Shown here piece by piece: positions 8,589 to 19,322 of a stretch of DNA of 64,000 bases (the first letter of the stretch is position 1; each line of letters starts with the position of its first letter). The position numbers and the translations under genes were made by a program. Origin of the DNA: an uncultured Eubacteriales bacterium. Its GTDB lineage: Bacteria > Bacillota > Clostridia > Oscillospirales > JAKOTC01. The DNA is taken from NCBI GenBank assembly GCA_964587625.1, contig CAZPLU010000002.1, positions 45,816-109,815 of the forward strand. The letters are read 5' to 3'. Under the pieces are notes generated by a model. That model worked only from the letters and a program-made list of their open reading frames with translations, searched no databases and was not told where the DNA came from.

Positions 8589-10520
8589 ATGAAACCGCAT
8601 GAAATTATTTTTTCAGCGCCCTGTTTTTCGCTCAATTTTAACGGGGCGCCCGCAATCCTGACGGCGGCTCCCCCCGTTGAAACAAAAGGGGGAACGTATG
8701 TCACGAAATACGAGATTAGCGCCTCCCTGCGAATCACGAGGGAAGTCACCCTCTATCCCGAGCACGACGCCCTGCGCTGGGTGCTGTGGCTGGAAAACCC
8801 CTCGGACCGCGAGAGCGGGATCGTGTCGGATTTGCGCGACTGCGACGTCACACTCCCATTGGCGGGCGGCGCAACCATCTCCACGCTCAAGAGCACCAGT
8901 CTGACAAAGGACGAATTTTCCCCCGCAAGCGTTGGGATCGATCCGGGGCAGACGCGCCGATATAAAACCTACGACGGGGTCTCCTCCCAGAGCTGCCGCC
9001 TGCCCTTCGATAAAAACCCCGGCGAGGACGAGGGCTTTGAACACGGCGGGTTTCCGTTTTTTGACGTCAACGCGCAAGCACAGGGGTATATCCTCGCCAT
9101 CGGCTGGACCGGCCAGTGGAACGCGGCGTTTCAACGCAATCATACAGAGATCAAGGCGATTACCGGCCTGGAGGACTGCCGTTTCAAACTGCTGCCGGGC
9201 GAGCGCATCCGCACCTCCTCCACCCTGCTGATGGCCTATGAGGGAGACGGGGCGGAGGCGCACAACCGGTTCCGCAGGTTACTTTTCAAGCATTTTTCGC
9301 CCGCCAATCTGACCTCCGCGCCCAAAAAGGCGGTCTGTATGTGGGGCGGCGTCCGCTCGGAGCAGATGTTGCAAAAGATCGACGGCCTGCTTACAAACCA
9401 AATCCCCTTCGATTATTTTTGGATCGACGCCGGCTGGTACGGCTGTTCGCAGGCGGACGAGCCCGACCAATCCAAGAGCAGCTGGGGTCTGCACACCGGA
9501 GAATGGTATCCGAATCCTCTTTATCACCCAAACGGCCTGCGGGATGTGGCCGACAAGCTACACGCGAACGGCAAAAAACTGCTGCTGTGGCTCCAGCCGG
9601 AGCTGGTGCACGTGACCAGCCATTCCTATCGGGACAATCGGGATAAGCTTTTCAAGCATAACGAAACCAGCCGCAACGTCCTGCTGGATCTGGGCAGGCC
9701 GGAGGTGCTGGATTATGTCTATGAGTGCGTCGCCGCGCAAATCCGCAAGCTGCGCGTCGATTGCTACAGGCAGGATTTTTGCGCGTTTCCGCTGGTCATG
9801 TGGCGGCTGAGCGACGCGCCCGACCGTAAAGGGATCAGCGAGATCAAGCATATCATGGGATTGTACGCGTTCTGGGACAGGTTGCTGGCCGAGTTCCCGC
9901 ACCTTGTCATCGACAACTGCGCGGGCGGCGCGCGGCGGTTCGACATCGAGATGTACAGCCGCAGCGTGAACCTGTGGCGGAGCGACTTTGAGTCCGATTG
10001 GGATGAAAAGCAGGCGCAGACAAGCGCGCTCTATCCCTGGGCGGTCAGCGCCGCGATCGCCTCCGGTTCCAACCGGGAATACGGGGACACCTATGCCGTC
10101 CGCTCGGTGTACGGCAGCGACCTGGCCGTGAATTATTGGGGCACCGGGGACCAGAATCTCACGGATACCCCCGATCTGGACTGGGTCAAACAGCGCTTCG
10201 CCGAATACGACCGGCTGTATCCGCTGATCTATAAGGATTTTTATCTTTTGACGCCTTACAGTTATCTGCCCGATTGCTGGTGCGTCTGGCAATATCACGA
10301 CCCCGACGGCGACAAGGGGGCCGTGCTGGCTTTCCGGCGCGGCGAATGCGGACAAGAGAGCGTCGCGCTGGCTTTGAAGGGCCTGACGCCCGGCGCGCGG
10401 TATGTGTTTGAGGACGCGGATACCGGAAAGGAGCGGGAGTCGTCGGGCGAAACAGTTTCGATCACCCTGCCCGAAAAACGGAGCAGCCGCCTGCTGTTTT
10501 ATGAACGCAAGCGGCGCTGA
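8589..10520 (+). CDS. Glycoside hydrolase, GH36-like (alpha-galactosidase clan)
   Basis: FDYFWIDAGWY and IDNCAGGARRFD resemble the GH36/GH27 clan catalytic region. 643 aa. Confidence 0.6.
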   Translation: MKPHEIIFSAPCFSLNFNGAPAILTAAPPVETKGGTYVTKYEISASLRITREVTLYPEHDALRWVLWLENPSDRESGIVSDLRDCDVTLPLAGGATISTLKSTSLTKDEFSPASVGIDPGQTRRYKTYDGVSSQSCRLPFDKNPGEDEGFEHGGFPFFDVNAQAQGYILAIGWTGQWNAAFQRNHTEIKAITGLEDCRFKLLPGERIRTSSTLLMAYEGDGAEAHNRFRRLLFKHFSPANLTSAPKKAVCMWGGVRSEQMLQKIDGLLTNQIPFDYFWIDAGWYGCSQADEPDQSKSSWGLHTGEWYPNPLYHPNGLRDVADKLHANGKKLLLWLQPELVHVTSHSYRDNRDKLFKHNETSRNVLLDLGRPEVLDYVYECVAAQIRKLRVDCYRQDFCAFPLVMWRLSDAPDRKGISEIKHIMGLYAFWDRLLAEFPHLVIDNCAGGARRFDIEMYSRSVNLWRSDFESDWDEKQAQTSALYPWAVSAAIASGSNREYGDTYAVRSVYGSDLAVNYWGTGDQNLTDTPDLDWVKQRFAEYDRLYPLIYKDFYLLTPYSYLPDCWCVWQYHDPDGDKGAVLAFRRGECGQESVALALKGLTPGARYVFEDADTGKERESSGETVSITLPEKRSSRLLFYERKRR

Positions 10521-10545
10521 AACCATTTCCTTGGTGCATTTTTAT

Positions 10546-12534
10546 TTATATTATTTTTATCGCGCAATAACCCGTAAACGACCCCGCGGGGATCGTGAAT
10601 TCGAGCCGCCCTTTGTCACTGATGAACTTGAGCGGCAGCGGGTTTTCGGTTTCCGGGGAGTACAGCGTGACCGATTCGGACTTTTTCAGCGCGTTGACTT
10701 TTACCTTGACTTCTCCAATTTTAGGCGCTTCCGGGCAAAACGCCGGGATCGGGTCGGCATGTCCGGCGTCGCCGTTCTTTTTGACCGAGCCGCCGATATT
10801 GACGAGATGCAATGTATGGCAGGACGGATTTTTAAACAAAGACGCAAACAGTTCGGTTTCACTTTTTGCCTCGAATACGGTTTCGCCGAGGCGCTTGCGC
10901 AGCGCTTTTCCGCCGGTCTCGCGCAGCAGGTCGAGGACATACGGCCGAACCTGCACCCGTCCCGCGAGGTCTTTTTGGCGCGAAATCCCCAAAATCTGCT
11001 GATAAGCGTCGGCGCATTCCGACGGTTTGAGTAAAACGACTTCGCCTTTTCCGAGTTTTTGATTCGCGCAGAGCGCGGGGCGTTCCCTCCGGCTGCCGTC
11101 GGGTTGATAAATCCCGAAATCCCCGACGATCATCAATTTTCCGCCGTCTTTGACATACATTTCAAGCTCATGCAAGGTCTTTTCGGAGAGCATCGCGGTA
11201 TGGGGCGCAAAAATTACTTTGTGATTGCCGAACTGCTTTCCGTCGTCCTCGAAAACCATGTCGGTTGCGATTCCCGACAGCATCGACGCCTGCATCCATT
11301 GTAAAAACTTTTGCATATACCCGTCGCACCCGTCGGCATAATCGCGGGTGTTCTGGGACATTAAAAACGCAAGGTCGCTTATTTTGGCGGGGCGTTCGTA
11401 CAATTCGGCATGCGCTGTCTCAAAGCGGCGCAGCTTGCCCTCGTCGAGGTAATTGTCCAAATTTTCGCCGCCGCACTGGGTGAACAACTCGCCCCAGGAA
11501 ACCGCCAGCGCCCAGCCGAAATACAGCGCCGAATCCGTGCAGGGATAAAACATCGACATCGCCGGAACGCCCCGTTTGCGCGCCATGCAGACGCGGTGGA
11601 CGGCCTCTGTGGCGAAGGACGGCCAGGACTGCGAGATGATGTGGGCATTACAGTTTTCCTGAAAAACGCAATCCCAGATCTCGGCGCATTTTTCAAACGG
11701 GTAAGCGGTCACATTGGTCGGAATCGCATGGGAGATGTAATTCGGCCGCAGCATTTTGTAACCCAAATCCTCGTAATGCTTTTTGACCGCATAGACGAAA
11801 TCGAGCGTGGACTCGTCCTTGAACCGCTTCCAAGCCACGAATGCGGGGTCTTTGAAATTCCAATAAAAGTCCTTCCAACCCTCGGGGCCGGGGAGTTCAT
11901 ACCCGGTCTTTTCTTTGAGCAGGCGGCGGCAGTGTTCGCAGGTGCAGGCGTTAAACGATGCCCAGCCGGTGCCGTCGTTGCCGAAATACTGCACGTCGTC
12001 GGTCATAATGCCGTCGACACCTTGCCGGTAAACATCTTCGAGGTAACGAAAATAAATCCGCCGGTAATCGGGGTTGTTAAAGCATAATCCGTAGCCGTGA
12101 TAAGTCGTTATGCCGGCTTTGCCGCTGCGGCCGGAGATTTGGCGCATGCCCGACATCGAAACGCCGTCGATCATCGGGTCGCCGCAGGCGTCCTCCCAAA
12201 AGCCCGGCCAGTCCCCGGGTTTTGAATGCCGTGACGCCAATACCCCTTCGGTCCATCTCCGGTCTTCATCATTTTGCGGATTTAAGGTCAAATGGCTGCT
12301 GTGGTGTTCGACATACAAAATGCCGTATCGATGGCAGGCATTAACCAATTTTCCGATACAGGCGTTGATTTTGTCCCAATGGCGATAAAACGACCAGCGG
12401 AAATGCGTGCAGCTGAAGCCGATCAATACCGTGATGCCGACGTCGGCATACCGCTTGACTTTGGCGTCCATGTCCTCCTGCGAAAATATCAAAATCTCCT
12501 CCGCATCATACCAAATCCAACCGTACCTCGTCAT
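10546..12534 (-). CDS. Uncharacterised putative glycoside hydrolase (TIM-barrel-like N-terminal part, GH42-like C-terminal module)
   Basis: 662-aa ORF next to a sugar transporter and GH genes. VGITVLIGF...YVEHHSSH and a later KVIFAPHTAMLSEKTLHELEMYVKDGGKLMIVGDFG segment. No confident family. Confidence 0.4.
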   Translation of the reverse strand: MTRYGWIWYDAEEILIFSQEDMDAKVKRYADVGITVLIGFSCTHFRWSFYRHWDKINACIGKLVNACHRYGILYVEHHSSHLTLNPQNDEDRRWTEGVLASRHSKPGDWPGFWEDACGDPMIDGVSMSGMRQISGRSGKAGITTYHGYGLCFNNPDYRRIYFRYLEDVYRQGVDGIMTDDVQYFGNDGTGWASFNACTCEHCRRLLKEKTGYELPGPEGWKDFYWNFKDPAFVAWKRFKDESTLDFVYAVKKHYEDLGYKMLRPNYISHAIPTNVTAYPFEKCAEIWDCVFQENCNAHIISQSWPSFATEAVHRVCMARKRGVPAMSMFYPCTDSALYFGWALAVSWGELFTQCGGENLDNYLDEGKLRRFETAHAELYERPAKISDLAFLMSQNTRDYADGCDGYMQKFLQWMQASMLSGIATDMVFEDDGKQFGNHKVIFAPHTAMLSEKTLHELEMYVKDGGKLMIVGDFGIYQPDGSRRERPALCANQKLGKGEVVLLKPSECADAYQQILGISRQKDLAGRVQVRPYVLDLLRETGGKALRKRLGETVFEAKSETELFASLFKNPSCHTLHLVNIGGSVKKNGDAGHADPIPAFCPEAPKIGEVKVKVNALKKSESVTLYSPETENPLPLKFISDKGRLEFTIPAGSFTGYCAIKII

Positions 12535-12568
12535 AACCGCGCCGCCTTTTTTATTAAAATTCGGGCGT

Positions 12569-13954
12569 TCAGCCCGGGGTCTTTTTTTGCTCGCGTTTTT
12601 GGAGGAAAAAGACGACCGCAGCCAAAATCAACATCAGACAAAACGAGATGATGAAATGGTACATGCGGTTGCCGACCGCGAATCCGAACAGGTTCAGCGT
12701 GATCCCCTCGGTCCACTGCACGAAAAATTTTCCGAACAGAGCGCCCGCGAACGCGGCCGAGCTGACTGCGGTCGCGTAAAACGCGAGGCAGGACGACTTC
12801 GATTCCTCGGGCATCCGCATAAACGGCAGATTGGTGATCCCGAGCGTGACGCCCGGACTGACAAAGTTGGAATAGATCGACAGCACGGGATACAGCCACA
12901 GCGTTTTTTGCGTGAGCAGCATGTTGAAAAACTGCGGAATCGCGTACAGCGCCAACGAAAACGCGAGGGCGTAAAACCATCCGACCCGCTTGATCAGCTT
13001 GTTCCAAAACGGCAGCACGACCAAAATAATCGGCATTGCGAAAATGCCCACGAACGTGAAATAGGTATAACTCACCTTGACCGTCTCGAGCATGTGTACG
13101 GTGAAATATTGCCCCTGAATCGCCACCGTAATGTTGTAGGCGACGCCGATCAAGACCAGTTGCATAAATCCCCTGTTCTTGATCGGCGCGGAAAAAATCG
13201 AAAAAAAGTCGAGTTTTTCCGGCTTGAGGTATTCAACCTCCCGGATGCGGAAAAACATGTTGCATTCCAGCCCGATGAACACCAGCGCGACGCCGCGCAG
13301 CAATAAAATACCGGTCAGCGCCGCGCCGCGCCCCTCGAACTGATCCAATAAAAATCCGCACAAGACGCCGGTCACGGCGTTGAGCGCGGTATAGACCATC
13401 TGTTGGATTGAAAAATAATCCGCGCGCCGGTCGGGGGTGATGTAGGTGATGTGCCAAGCCGAGATCGCGGGACTGTTGATTGAAATCGAAATCTGCATGA
13501 CCACCATCAGGGCGATAAAAACGCCGATTTGCTGCTTTTGCGGCAACGGCAGCAATGGCACGAGCGGCAATAAAACCGCGTTGATCCCATAATAGATCAG
13601 GCGCGTGGTAAAGACAAACACCTTGCGGGATTTTAAGCGCTCGATCAGCACGGGCGCGAAAATCTGCGTCACGCCGCAGGCCGTCATGATGCTGACGATG
13701 GTTCCGATATAGGAATTTTTGACGCTGTCGCTCTCGCTTTTCAGCAAAATCAAAATCAGCCCCGTGAAAAATACGCCGTTCATCGCCACCGACGCGAGGT
13801 TTGCGAAAGCATTGCCCCAAAATACCCGGCGCAAATCCGCCGCGTAACCGTCGTGATTGTTATATAGGGCGTTAAAGCGGCTCTCTTTGATGCCGGAGAT
13901 ATAGTTGAACATCCAGCCGCTCAAATGCGGGAAAAAATTTCGGAAAAACTTCAT
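12569..13954 (-). CDS. MFS/GPH-type sugar transporter
   Basis: About 12 predicted hydrophobic segments and glycoside-pentoside-hexuronide-like length. Start placed at ATG 13954 (MKFFRNFF); the longer ORF would overlap the glpK promoter. Confidence 0.7.
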   Translation of the reverse strand: MKFFRNFFPHLSGWMFNYISGIKESRFNALYNNHDGYAADLRRVFWGNAFANLASVAMNGVFFTGLILILLKSESDSVKNSYIGTIVSIMTACGVTQIFAPVLIERLKSRKVFVFTTRLIYYGINAVLLPLVPLLPLPQKQQIGVFIALMVVMQISISINSPAISAWHITYITPDRRADYFSIQQMVYTALNAVTGVLCGFLLDQFEGRGAALTGILLLRGVALVFIGLECNMFFRIREVEYLKPEKLDFFSIFSAPIKNRGFMQLVLIGVAYNITVAIQGQYFTVHMLETVKVSYTYFTFVGIFAMPIILVVLPFWNKLIKRVGWFYALAFSLALYAIPQFFNMLLTQKTLWLYPVLSIYSNFVSPGVTLGITNLPFMRMPEESKSSCLAFYATAVSSAAFAGALFGKFFVQWTEGITLNLFGFAVGNRMYHFIISFCLMLILAAVVFFLQKREQKKTPG

Positions 13955-14067
13955 GTTCTGTCTGCACACCATCCACAGATTTGCCAAAAATGCGGTATGC
14001 CAATGCGGCCGATCACGCCCTGACAAAGTCCATGATATTCTATCGGGTTGCGCTTGTCAATCAATTC

Positions 14068-14096
14068 TTGAAAATGTTTTCGCGGCGCGGTATAAT
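14068..14096 (+). promoter_or_regulatory. Sigma70-type promoter candidate for glpK
   Basis: TTGAAA (14068-14073), 17-nt spacer, TATAAT (14091-14096), 30 nt before ATG 14127. Confidence 0.55.
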
Positions 14097-14126
14097 GGAA
14101 AAAACACGCGGCGGAGGGAGATAAAA

Positions 14127-15611
14127 ATGACTTATATCATGGCCCTGGACTGCGGCACGACCAGCGCTCGCTGCATTCTGTTCGACCACGGGGGAAACGT
14201 CAAAGGCGCTGCGCAAAAAGACATCCGTCAGATCTATCCGCAGCCCGGCTGGGTCGAACACGACCCGATGCAGATTTTTACCGCCCAGCTCGGCGCGGCG
14301 CAGGAGGTCTTGCGAAAAACCGGTGTATCTGCGCGCGACGTCGCGGCAATCGGCATCGCCAACCAGCGCGAGACCGCGATTGTGTGGGATAAAAACACCG
14401 GCGAGCCCATGTATAACGCCATCGTCTGGCAGTGCAGGCGCACCGCGCAATACTGCGACGAACTCAAATCCAAGGGGCTGGCCGAAAAGTTCCGTCAAAA
14501 GACCGGACTGGTGATCGACGCGTATTTTTCCGGCACGAAGCTGCGTTGGATTTTGGAAAACGTCCCCCACGCGAGAGAGCGCGCCGAGCGCGGCGAGCTG
14601 CTGTTCGGCACGGTCGAGAGCTGGTTGATCTGGCGGCTGACCGGCGGGGTACATATTACCGATTGTTCCAACGCCTCGCGCACCTTTTTATATAACATCA
14701 ACGACCTGTGCTGGGACAAGGAAATCCTCGCCGAACTCGATATCCCCGCATGTATGCTGCCCGAGGTCAAGCCGTCGTCGTTCGTCTGCGGCGAAGTGCT
14801 GCCCGACTTTTTCGGCGGCCCGATTCAAATCGGCGGCGCGGCGGGCGACCAGCAGGCGGCGCTGTTTGGGCAGACCTGCTTTTATCCCGGCGAAGCCAAA
14901 AACACCTACGGCACCGGCGGATTTTTATTGATGAACACCGGCGAAAAACCCGTGTTCTCCGAAAACGGCTTGCTCACGTCCGTCGCGTGGGGCGTCGGCG
15001 GCAAGGTCGAATACGCGCTCGAGGGCTCGGTCTTCGTCGCCGGAGCCGCCGTCCAGTGGCTGCGCTACGAACTGCGCCTGATCCGCGACGCCGCCGAGAC
15101 CGAATGTTGCGCCGAAAAAGTCCCCGACACCGCCGGATGTTATGTCGTCCCGGCCTTTACCGGGCTCGGCGCGCCGCACTGGGACCCGTACGCGCGCGGC
15201 TGCATTGTCGGGCTGACCCGCGGCGTCACCCGCGAGCACATCATCCGCGCGACGCTGGAGTCCGTCGCTTACCAGACCGCCGACGTGATCTCTGCGATGG
15301 AGCGCGACCGCGGGCAAAAACTGCGCTCGCTGCGCGCCGACGGCGGCGCCTCGGCGAACAACTTTTTAATGCGATTTCAAGCCGATGTCATCGGCGCGCC
15401 GGTCCTCCGCCCCGCCTGCGTCGAGACCACTGCGCTGGGCGCGGCGTATCTCGCGGGGCTTGCGGTCGGCTTTTGGAACGGTAAAGACGAGATCGAAAAA
15501 AACCGGCAAAACGAGCGCGTCTTCGAGCCGGAGATGTCCGAAACGCGGCGGCAGGAGCTCCTTTCCGGTTGGAAAAAGGCCGTCGCCTGCTCGCGGGGTT
15601 GGGCGAAATAA
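14127..15611 (+). CDS. glpK: Glycerol kinase
   Basis: [20 protein letters not shown]..., [28 protein letters not shown] and [16 protein letters not shown] are classic FGGY/GlpK motifs. GGAGGGAG RBS. Confidence 0.95.
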   Translation: MTYIMALDCGTTSARCILFDHGGNVKGAAQKDIRQIYPQPGWVEHDPMQIFTAQLGAAQEVLRKTGVSARDVAAIGIANQRETAIVWDKNTGEPMYNAIVWQCRRTAQYCDELKSKGLAEKFRQKTGLVIDAYFSGTKLRWILENVPHARERAERGELLFGTVESWLIWRLTGGVHITDCSNASRTFLYNINDLCWDKEILAELDIPACMLPEVKPSSFVCGEVLPDFFGGPIQIGGAAGDQQAALFGQTCFYPGEAKNTYGTGGFLLMNTGEKPVFSENGLLTSVAWGVGGKVEYALEGSVFVAGAAVQWLRYELRLIRDAAETECCAEKVPDTAGCYVVPAFTGLGAPHWDPYARGCIVGLTRGVTREHIIRATLESVAYQTADVISAMERDRGQKLRSLRADGGASANNFLMRFQADVIGAPVLRPACVETTALGAAYLAGLAVGFWNGKDEIEKNRQNERVFEPEMSETRRQELLSGWKKAVACSRGWAK

Positions 15612-15633
15612 AAAATATCGGGAGGAAATCACC

Positions 15634-16446
15634 ATATTTCACACAGAAGAACTGCCGGAGGCCATCCGGCGGCATATCGGGGGGAAGCCCTATCGGGCGG
15701 ACGGCATCGGCTGTTCAAAAGCGAGCGTTTTGCTCTTTGACGACATGGTTTTAAAAACCGCAAAATCCGATTCGGACAAGGAGCGGAAGATTCTCACCTG
15801 GTTGGACGGAAAACTGCCCGCGCCGCGCCTGATCGCCTTTGAACGACAGGACGGATACAGCTACCTGCTGATGTCGAAAATCCCGGGCGAGATGGCTTGC
15901 TCGGAAAAGAATATGCAAAACCCCGCGCCGGCGGTCAAAGCGCTGGCCGACGGCCTGAAAGCGCTCCGGGCGGTCAATACCACGGATTGCCCGAACAGCA
16001 ACACGCTTGAGATCACGCTTGCGAACGCCCGCTATAATCTCGAAAACGGCTTGATCGACCTCAAGGAAATCGACGAAGACCGGATTTTTGCGCATGGTTT
16101 TTCCGGTATGGACGATCTGTTTAGATTCCTTGACAAAAACCGCCCGGATGAAGAAATTGTCTTTTCGCACAACGACTATTGCCTGCCGAACGTCTTTCTC
16201 GATAACGGCGCATTTTCCGGTTTGGTCGATTTGGGCGACGCGGGCATCGGGGATCAATGGCAGGACATCGCCCTCTGCGTCCGTTCGCTCGAATACAATT
16301 TAGTAAAACTTTCGAAGTACAGCCGCAGCGATTATGAGCGCTATAAGGCCCTGCTGTTTGACGAGCTCGGATTCGCCGAGGACGAGGATATCATCAGATA
16401 TTACATCCTGCTCGACAATTTTTATAAAGTTTATAGCCGTACATAA
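15634..16446 (+). CDS. Aminoglycoside 3'-phosphotransferase, APH(3') family (non-canonical start)
   Basis: Aligns by eye with APH(3')-III: KILTWLDGKLPAPRLIAFERQDGYSYLLMS, FSHNDYCLPNVFLDNGAFSGLVDLGDAG, YYILLDNF. No ATG/GTG/TTG lies between the GGGAGGA RBS (15620-15626) and the conserved N-terminus. ATA 15634 or ATC 15628 is the only option. Confidence 0.7.
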   Translation: MFHTEELPEAIRRHIGGKPYRADGIGCSKASVLLFDDMVLKTAKSDSDKERKILTWLDGKLPAPRLIAFERQDGYSYLLMSKIPGEMACSEKNMQNPAPAVKALADGLKALRAVNTTDCPNSNTLEITLANARYNLENGLIDLKEIDEDRIFAHGFSGMDDLFRFLDKNRPDEEIVFSHNDYCLPNVFLDNGAFSGLVDLGDAGIGDQWQDIALCVRSLEYNLVKLSKYSRSDYERYKALLFDELGFAEDEDIIRYYILLDNFYKVYSRT

Positions 16447-16527
16447 AAACGAAAACCCAACGCTCCCGAAAAAAAACCGAGGCCGAAGCGTGGTATGCCG
16501 AACTGACGAAGGAGTTGGAAAAACAAC

Positions 16528-17427
16528 ATGGTTGACGACATCAAAAAAGCCGCTTTTGAGAGCGGTATGAAACTCGAAGTGCTCCCGATCGGCAAAATGG
16601 CCGAACTGAAAGCGGATATTGACAAAGTCGCTGCCGAAAATGCGATCAACGGATTCCAAAAATGGATTATCGAAAAGAAATATGTCTATACCCCGGAAGT
16701 CGATTTTGAGGTCAAATCCGTTGTCGTCGCAGTGTGGCCGCAGCGGGTCGTCAAGTTGGTTTTTCAGTATCGGGGGAAAACGGCCTCCTGCATTGCGGAC
16801 GACGGTTTTTTACATACCACCGAACGGGACAACGCTTTGAAAGCGCTCTTTGAACAGCGCGGTTTTCATCTCAAGCCCTTTTCATGGATGCCGCAAAAGC
16901 GGCTTGCGGTCTGCGCGGGATTGTGCGAATACGGGCGCAGCAACATCACCTATTGCGGCGAGTGGGGCAGCTTTATCAAATTGAATTCTTATGCGACCGA
17001 CCTGCCCGCTGAGGACTATTCTTGGCGCGGGGCCGTCACCATGGATTTGTGCGATATCTGCGGGAAGTGCATCGCAAATTGTCCGACCAAAGCGATTTTA
17101 CCCGACCGATATTTGATCGACAACGAGATCTGCCTTGCCTGCGTCAATTCCCGAGATGACAAGGATATTCCCGACTGGGTGCCGAAAACGGCGCATCATG
17201 GGCTGCTTGAATGCACGAAATGTCAGGACATCTGCCCGATGAATCGAAAGTGTCTTGCGAATCTTGAAGTAATCGAGTTCTCTGAGGAAGAAACCGAGAC
17301 CATGCTCTGCAGTTCCTCTTTCAAGGAGTTCCCGGAAGCGGTCAAAGAAAAACTCTGGATTTACAGCAACGGCGACGAATTAAAATGCATTCCGCGAAAT
17401 CTGCGGCTGATGTTGGAAAACGCGTGA
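16528..17427 (+). CDS. 4Fe-4S dicluster protein, epoxyqueuosine-reductase/reductive-dehalogenase-like
   Basis: CDICGKCIANCP and CTKCQDICPMN ferredoxin-type Cys clusters in the C-terminal half. 299 aa. Confidence 0.5.
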   Translation: MVDDIKKAAFESGMKLEVLPIGKMAELKADIDKVAAENAINGFQKWIIEKKYVYTPEVDFEVKSVVVAVWPQRVVKLVFQYRGKTASCIADDGFLHTTERDNALKALFEQRGFHLKPFSWMPQKRLAVCAGLCEYGRSNITYCGEWGSFIKLNSYATDLPAEDYSWRGAVTMDLCDICGKCIANCPTKAILPDRYLIDNEICLACVNSRDDKDIPDWVPKTAHHGLLECTKCQDICPMNRKCLANLEVIEFSEEETETMLCSSSFKEFPEAVKEKLWIYSNGDELKCIPRNLRLMLENA

Positions 17428-17436
17428 GGAAAAAGA

Positions 17437-18360
17437 ATGAATCAAACCGATATCATCAACTATTTGCAAGAACATTACTCGCTCAAAGCCGACACAATTG
17501 AACTGGTTCGCGAGGGCGGCAGTCAGGCGTATGTCGTCACGGCGGGCGGCCGAAAATTCTTTTTGCGCGCCGTCAAGCCCGCGTTCTTCGACACCGCGGC
17601 AGCCGCTGTCGATATTCAATATTATTTGCAAAAACAGGACTTCCCCGTTCCGCCCATCCTCCCTGCAGACGATGGGTCACCGTGTGTGCATTGGCGTATT
17701 ACGGATGAAAAGCGCCTTTGCGTGCTGTATGAATATATCGAAGGCAAAGAATCCGAGCCGGAACGGGACGCGGAGGCGATCGGAGAGCTGATCGGAAAAC
17801 TGCACAAGACCATGAAGGGATACCCCGGTCCTCTTATAAAACACGATAAACCGTTTTTCATCAGCCGGTACATCGATATTCTGCACCGGAAGCAATACCC
17901 GAAAGCGGATGAATTCGCCGCATACGGCGATGCGGTTTGGGATCGGATAAAAAATTTGCCGCGCGGGTATTGCCACGGGGATATGTATCCGGGCAACATC
18001 CACAAAACGACGGACGGAAAGCTCTATGTGCTGGATTTTGACACCTCGTGCGAGGCCTTTCCGGTTTATGATTCGGTGTTGGTCTGCAACCGCACACACT
18101 ATTTTGATTTCGACCCGCAGGGATATGAAAAATCCAGAGCGGTTTTTGCGCGCTTTTTGCCGGGGTATTTGAAATACAGCCCGCTCAGCCGAGCCGAGAT
18201 CGACGCCCTTTTCGATTTGATCGCCGTCTACCACTTTCAGGTGCAGGCGACGGTCATCGAGATCAACGGACTCGACTGCGTGGACGCGGCTTTTCTCGAC
18301 CGGCAATATGACTGGCTCTGCCGCTGGCGAGAGCAATGTGAGAGCAAAATGCTAAGATAA
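17437..18360 (+). CDS. Phosphotransferase (APH/choline-kinase-like) family protein
   Basis: Kinase-fold catalytic loop CHGDMYPGNIH and YVLDFDTS. 307 aa. Confidence 0.7.
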   Translation: MNQTDIINYLQEHYSLKADTIELVREGGSQAYVVTAGGRKFFLRAVKPAFFDTAAAAVDIQYYLQKQDFPVPPILPADDGSPCVHWRITDEKRLCVLYEYIEGKESEPERDAEAIGELIGKLHKTMKGYPGPLIKHDKPFFISRYIDILHRKQYPKADEFAAYGDAVWDRIKNLPRGYCHGDMYPGNIHKTTDGKLYVLDFDTSCEAFPVYDSVLVCNRTHYFDFDPQGYEKSRAVFARFLPGYLKYSPLSRAEIDALFDLIAVYHFQVQATVIEINGLDCVDAAFLDRQYDWLCRWREQCESKMLR

Positions 18361-18375
18361 AACAGGAGGATAACC

Positions 18376-19314
18376 ATGTCTGTTGAACTGTTTGACAACC
18401 CCCTTTTATGTACCGCATATACAGGGCTGGTGGCTTCCGGGTTTGATATGACAGACCCGGAGGACATTGCTCTGCAAACCCTCTGCGCGGAAATTCGCAA
18501 GCTACCGATTGACGGGGAGACCCGCGCTTGGTTTGCGAATGCGCGCGGTGAAAACAAAGTAAACCCGTATTTCCCGAAGGGTTCGGATATTTCCGTTGCC
18601 TGCTTTTTCATAAACTCCGATACGCTTCTATGGGACACGTTTGAGGCGTTTCTTGAGTTTACAGACAGTTGCGGTGGTGAAAAAATGGACGAACAATACC
18701 GGCAATGGATATGCAAACTGCCTGAAATGCTCGCCCGGGTGATCTCCGCATCGGGTTATGACGATCTGTGCGAACAATACAATAAAATATTGCAGGAACG
18801 CACGCCCGGATTTATCGGTAAACTCGAAAAAGCGTCCCAAGCGGCGGCGCGGTTTTCCCGCTCACCCGCCGATATCCGCTTTGCCCCGAATCTCTTGCAA
18901 TCGCCTTATTGCTGCGATTTTGTCAAAAAGGATGAAATCACTTTTGTCATTTCTGCAAAACCGAATATAAACGGAATCCTGCATGAATACTTACACCCAT
19001 TTGTTGCAAAACACCGCACACTGATCACCCGTCTTCTGCAAAACCGCCCCGAGGGCGTCGCCGACCCGGAGCGGATGAAGTTTTACGGCTATATGTGGGA
19101 TGATTCGATTGAATCATATGTGCATGCCGCCGAGGATTGTATTGTCAGAGGGCTTTCGCTGGCATTATCGGAATTGCGTCCATCTGAATTAGAAAACGCT
19201 TATCATAACAGTACGGACAGCGGATTTTTACTTGTCAAACCCGCCGCCGAATATACGCTTGCGCATTCGACTGATGAGAAAACTCTCGTTGAGATGATAG
19301 AAAATATTCTATAA
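18376..19314 (+). CDS. Hypothetical protein with an HExxH motif (possible metallopeptidase)
   Basis: 312-aa ORF, 15 nt after the kinase gene. Contains GILHEYLHPF (HExxH). No family recognised. Confidence 0.4.
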   Translation: MSVELFDNPLLCTAYTGLVASGFDMTDPEDIALQTLCAEIRKLPIDGETRAWFANARGENKVNPYFPKGSDISVACFFINSDTLLWDTFEAFLEFTDSCGGEKMDEQYRQWICKLPEMLARVISASGYDDLCEQYNKILQERTPGFIGKLEKASQAAARFSRSPADIRFAPNLLQSPYCCDFVKKDEITFVISAKPNINGILHEYLHPFVAKHRTLITRLLQNRPEGVADPERMKFYGYMWDDSIESYVHAAEDCIVRGLSLALSELRPSELENAYHNSTDSGFLLVKPAAEYTLAHSTDEKTLVEMIENIL

Positions 19315-19322
19315 TGAACTTC

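Noticed and set aside
15385-15633. ATG 15385 as the start of the APH(3')-like gene (the ORF-track start).
   Set aside because: It would overlap 227 nt of glpK in another frame and add a Arg/Ser/Pro-rich N-terminus with no counterpart in APH(3') enzymes.
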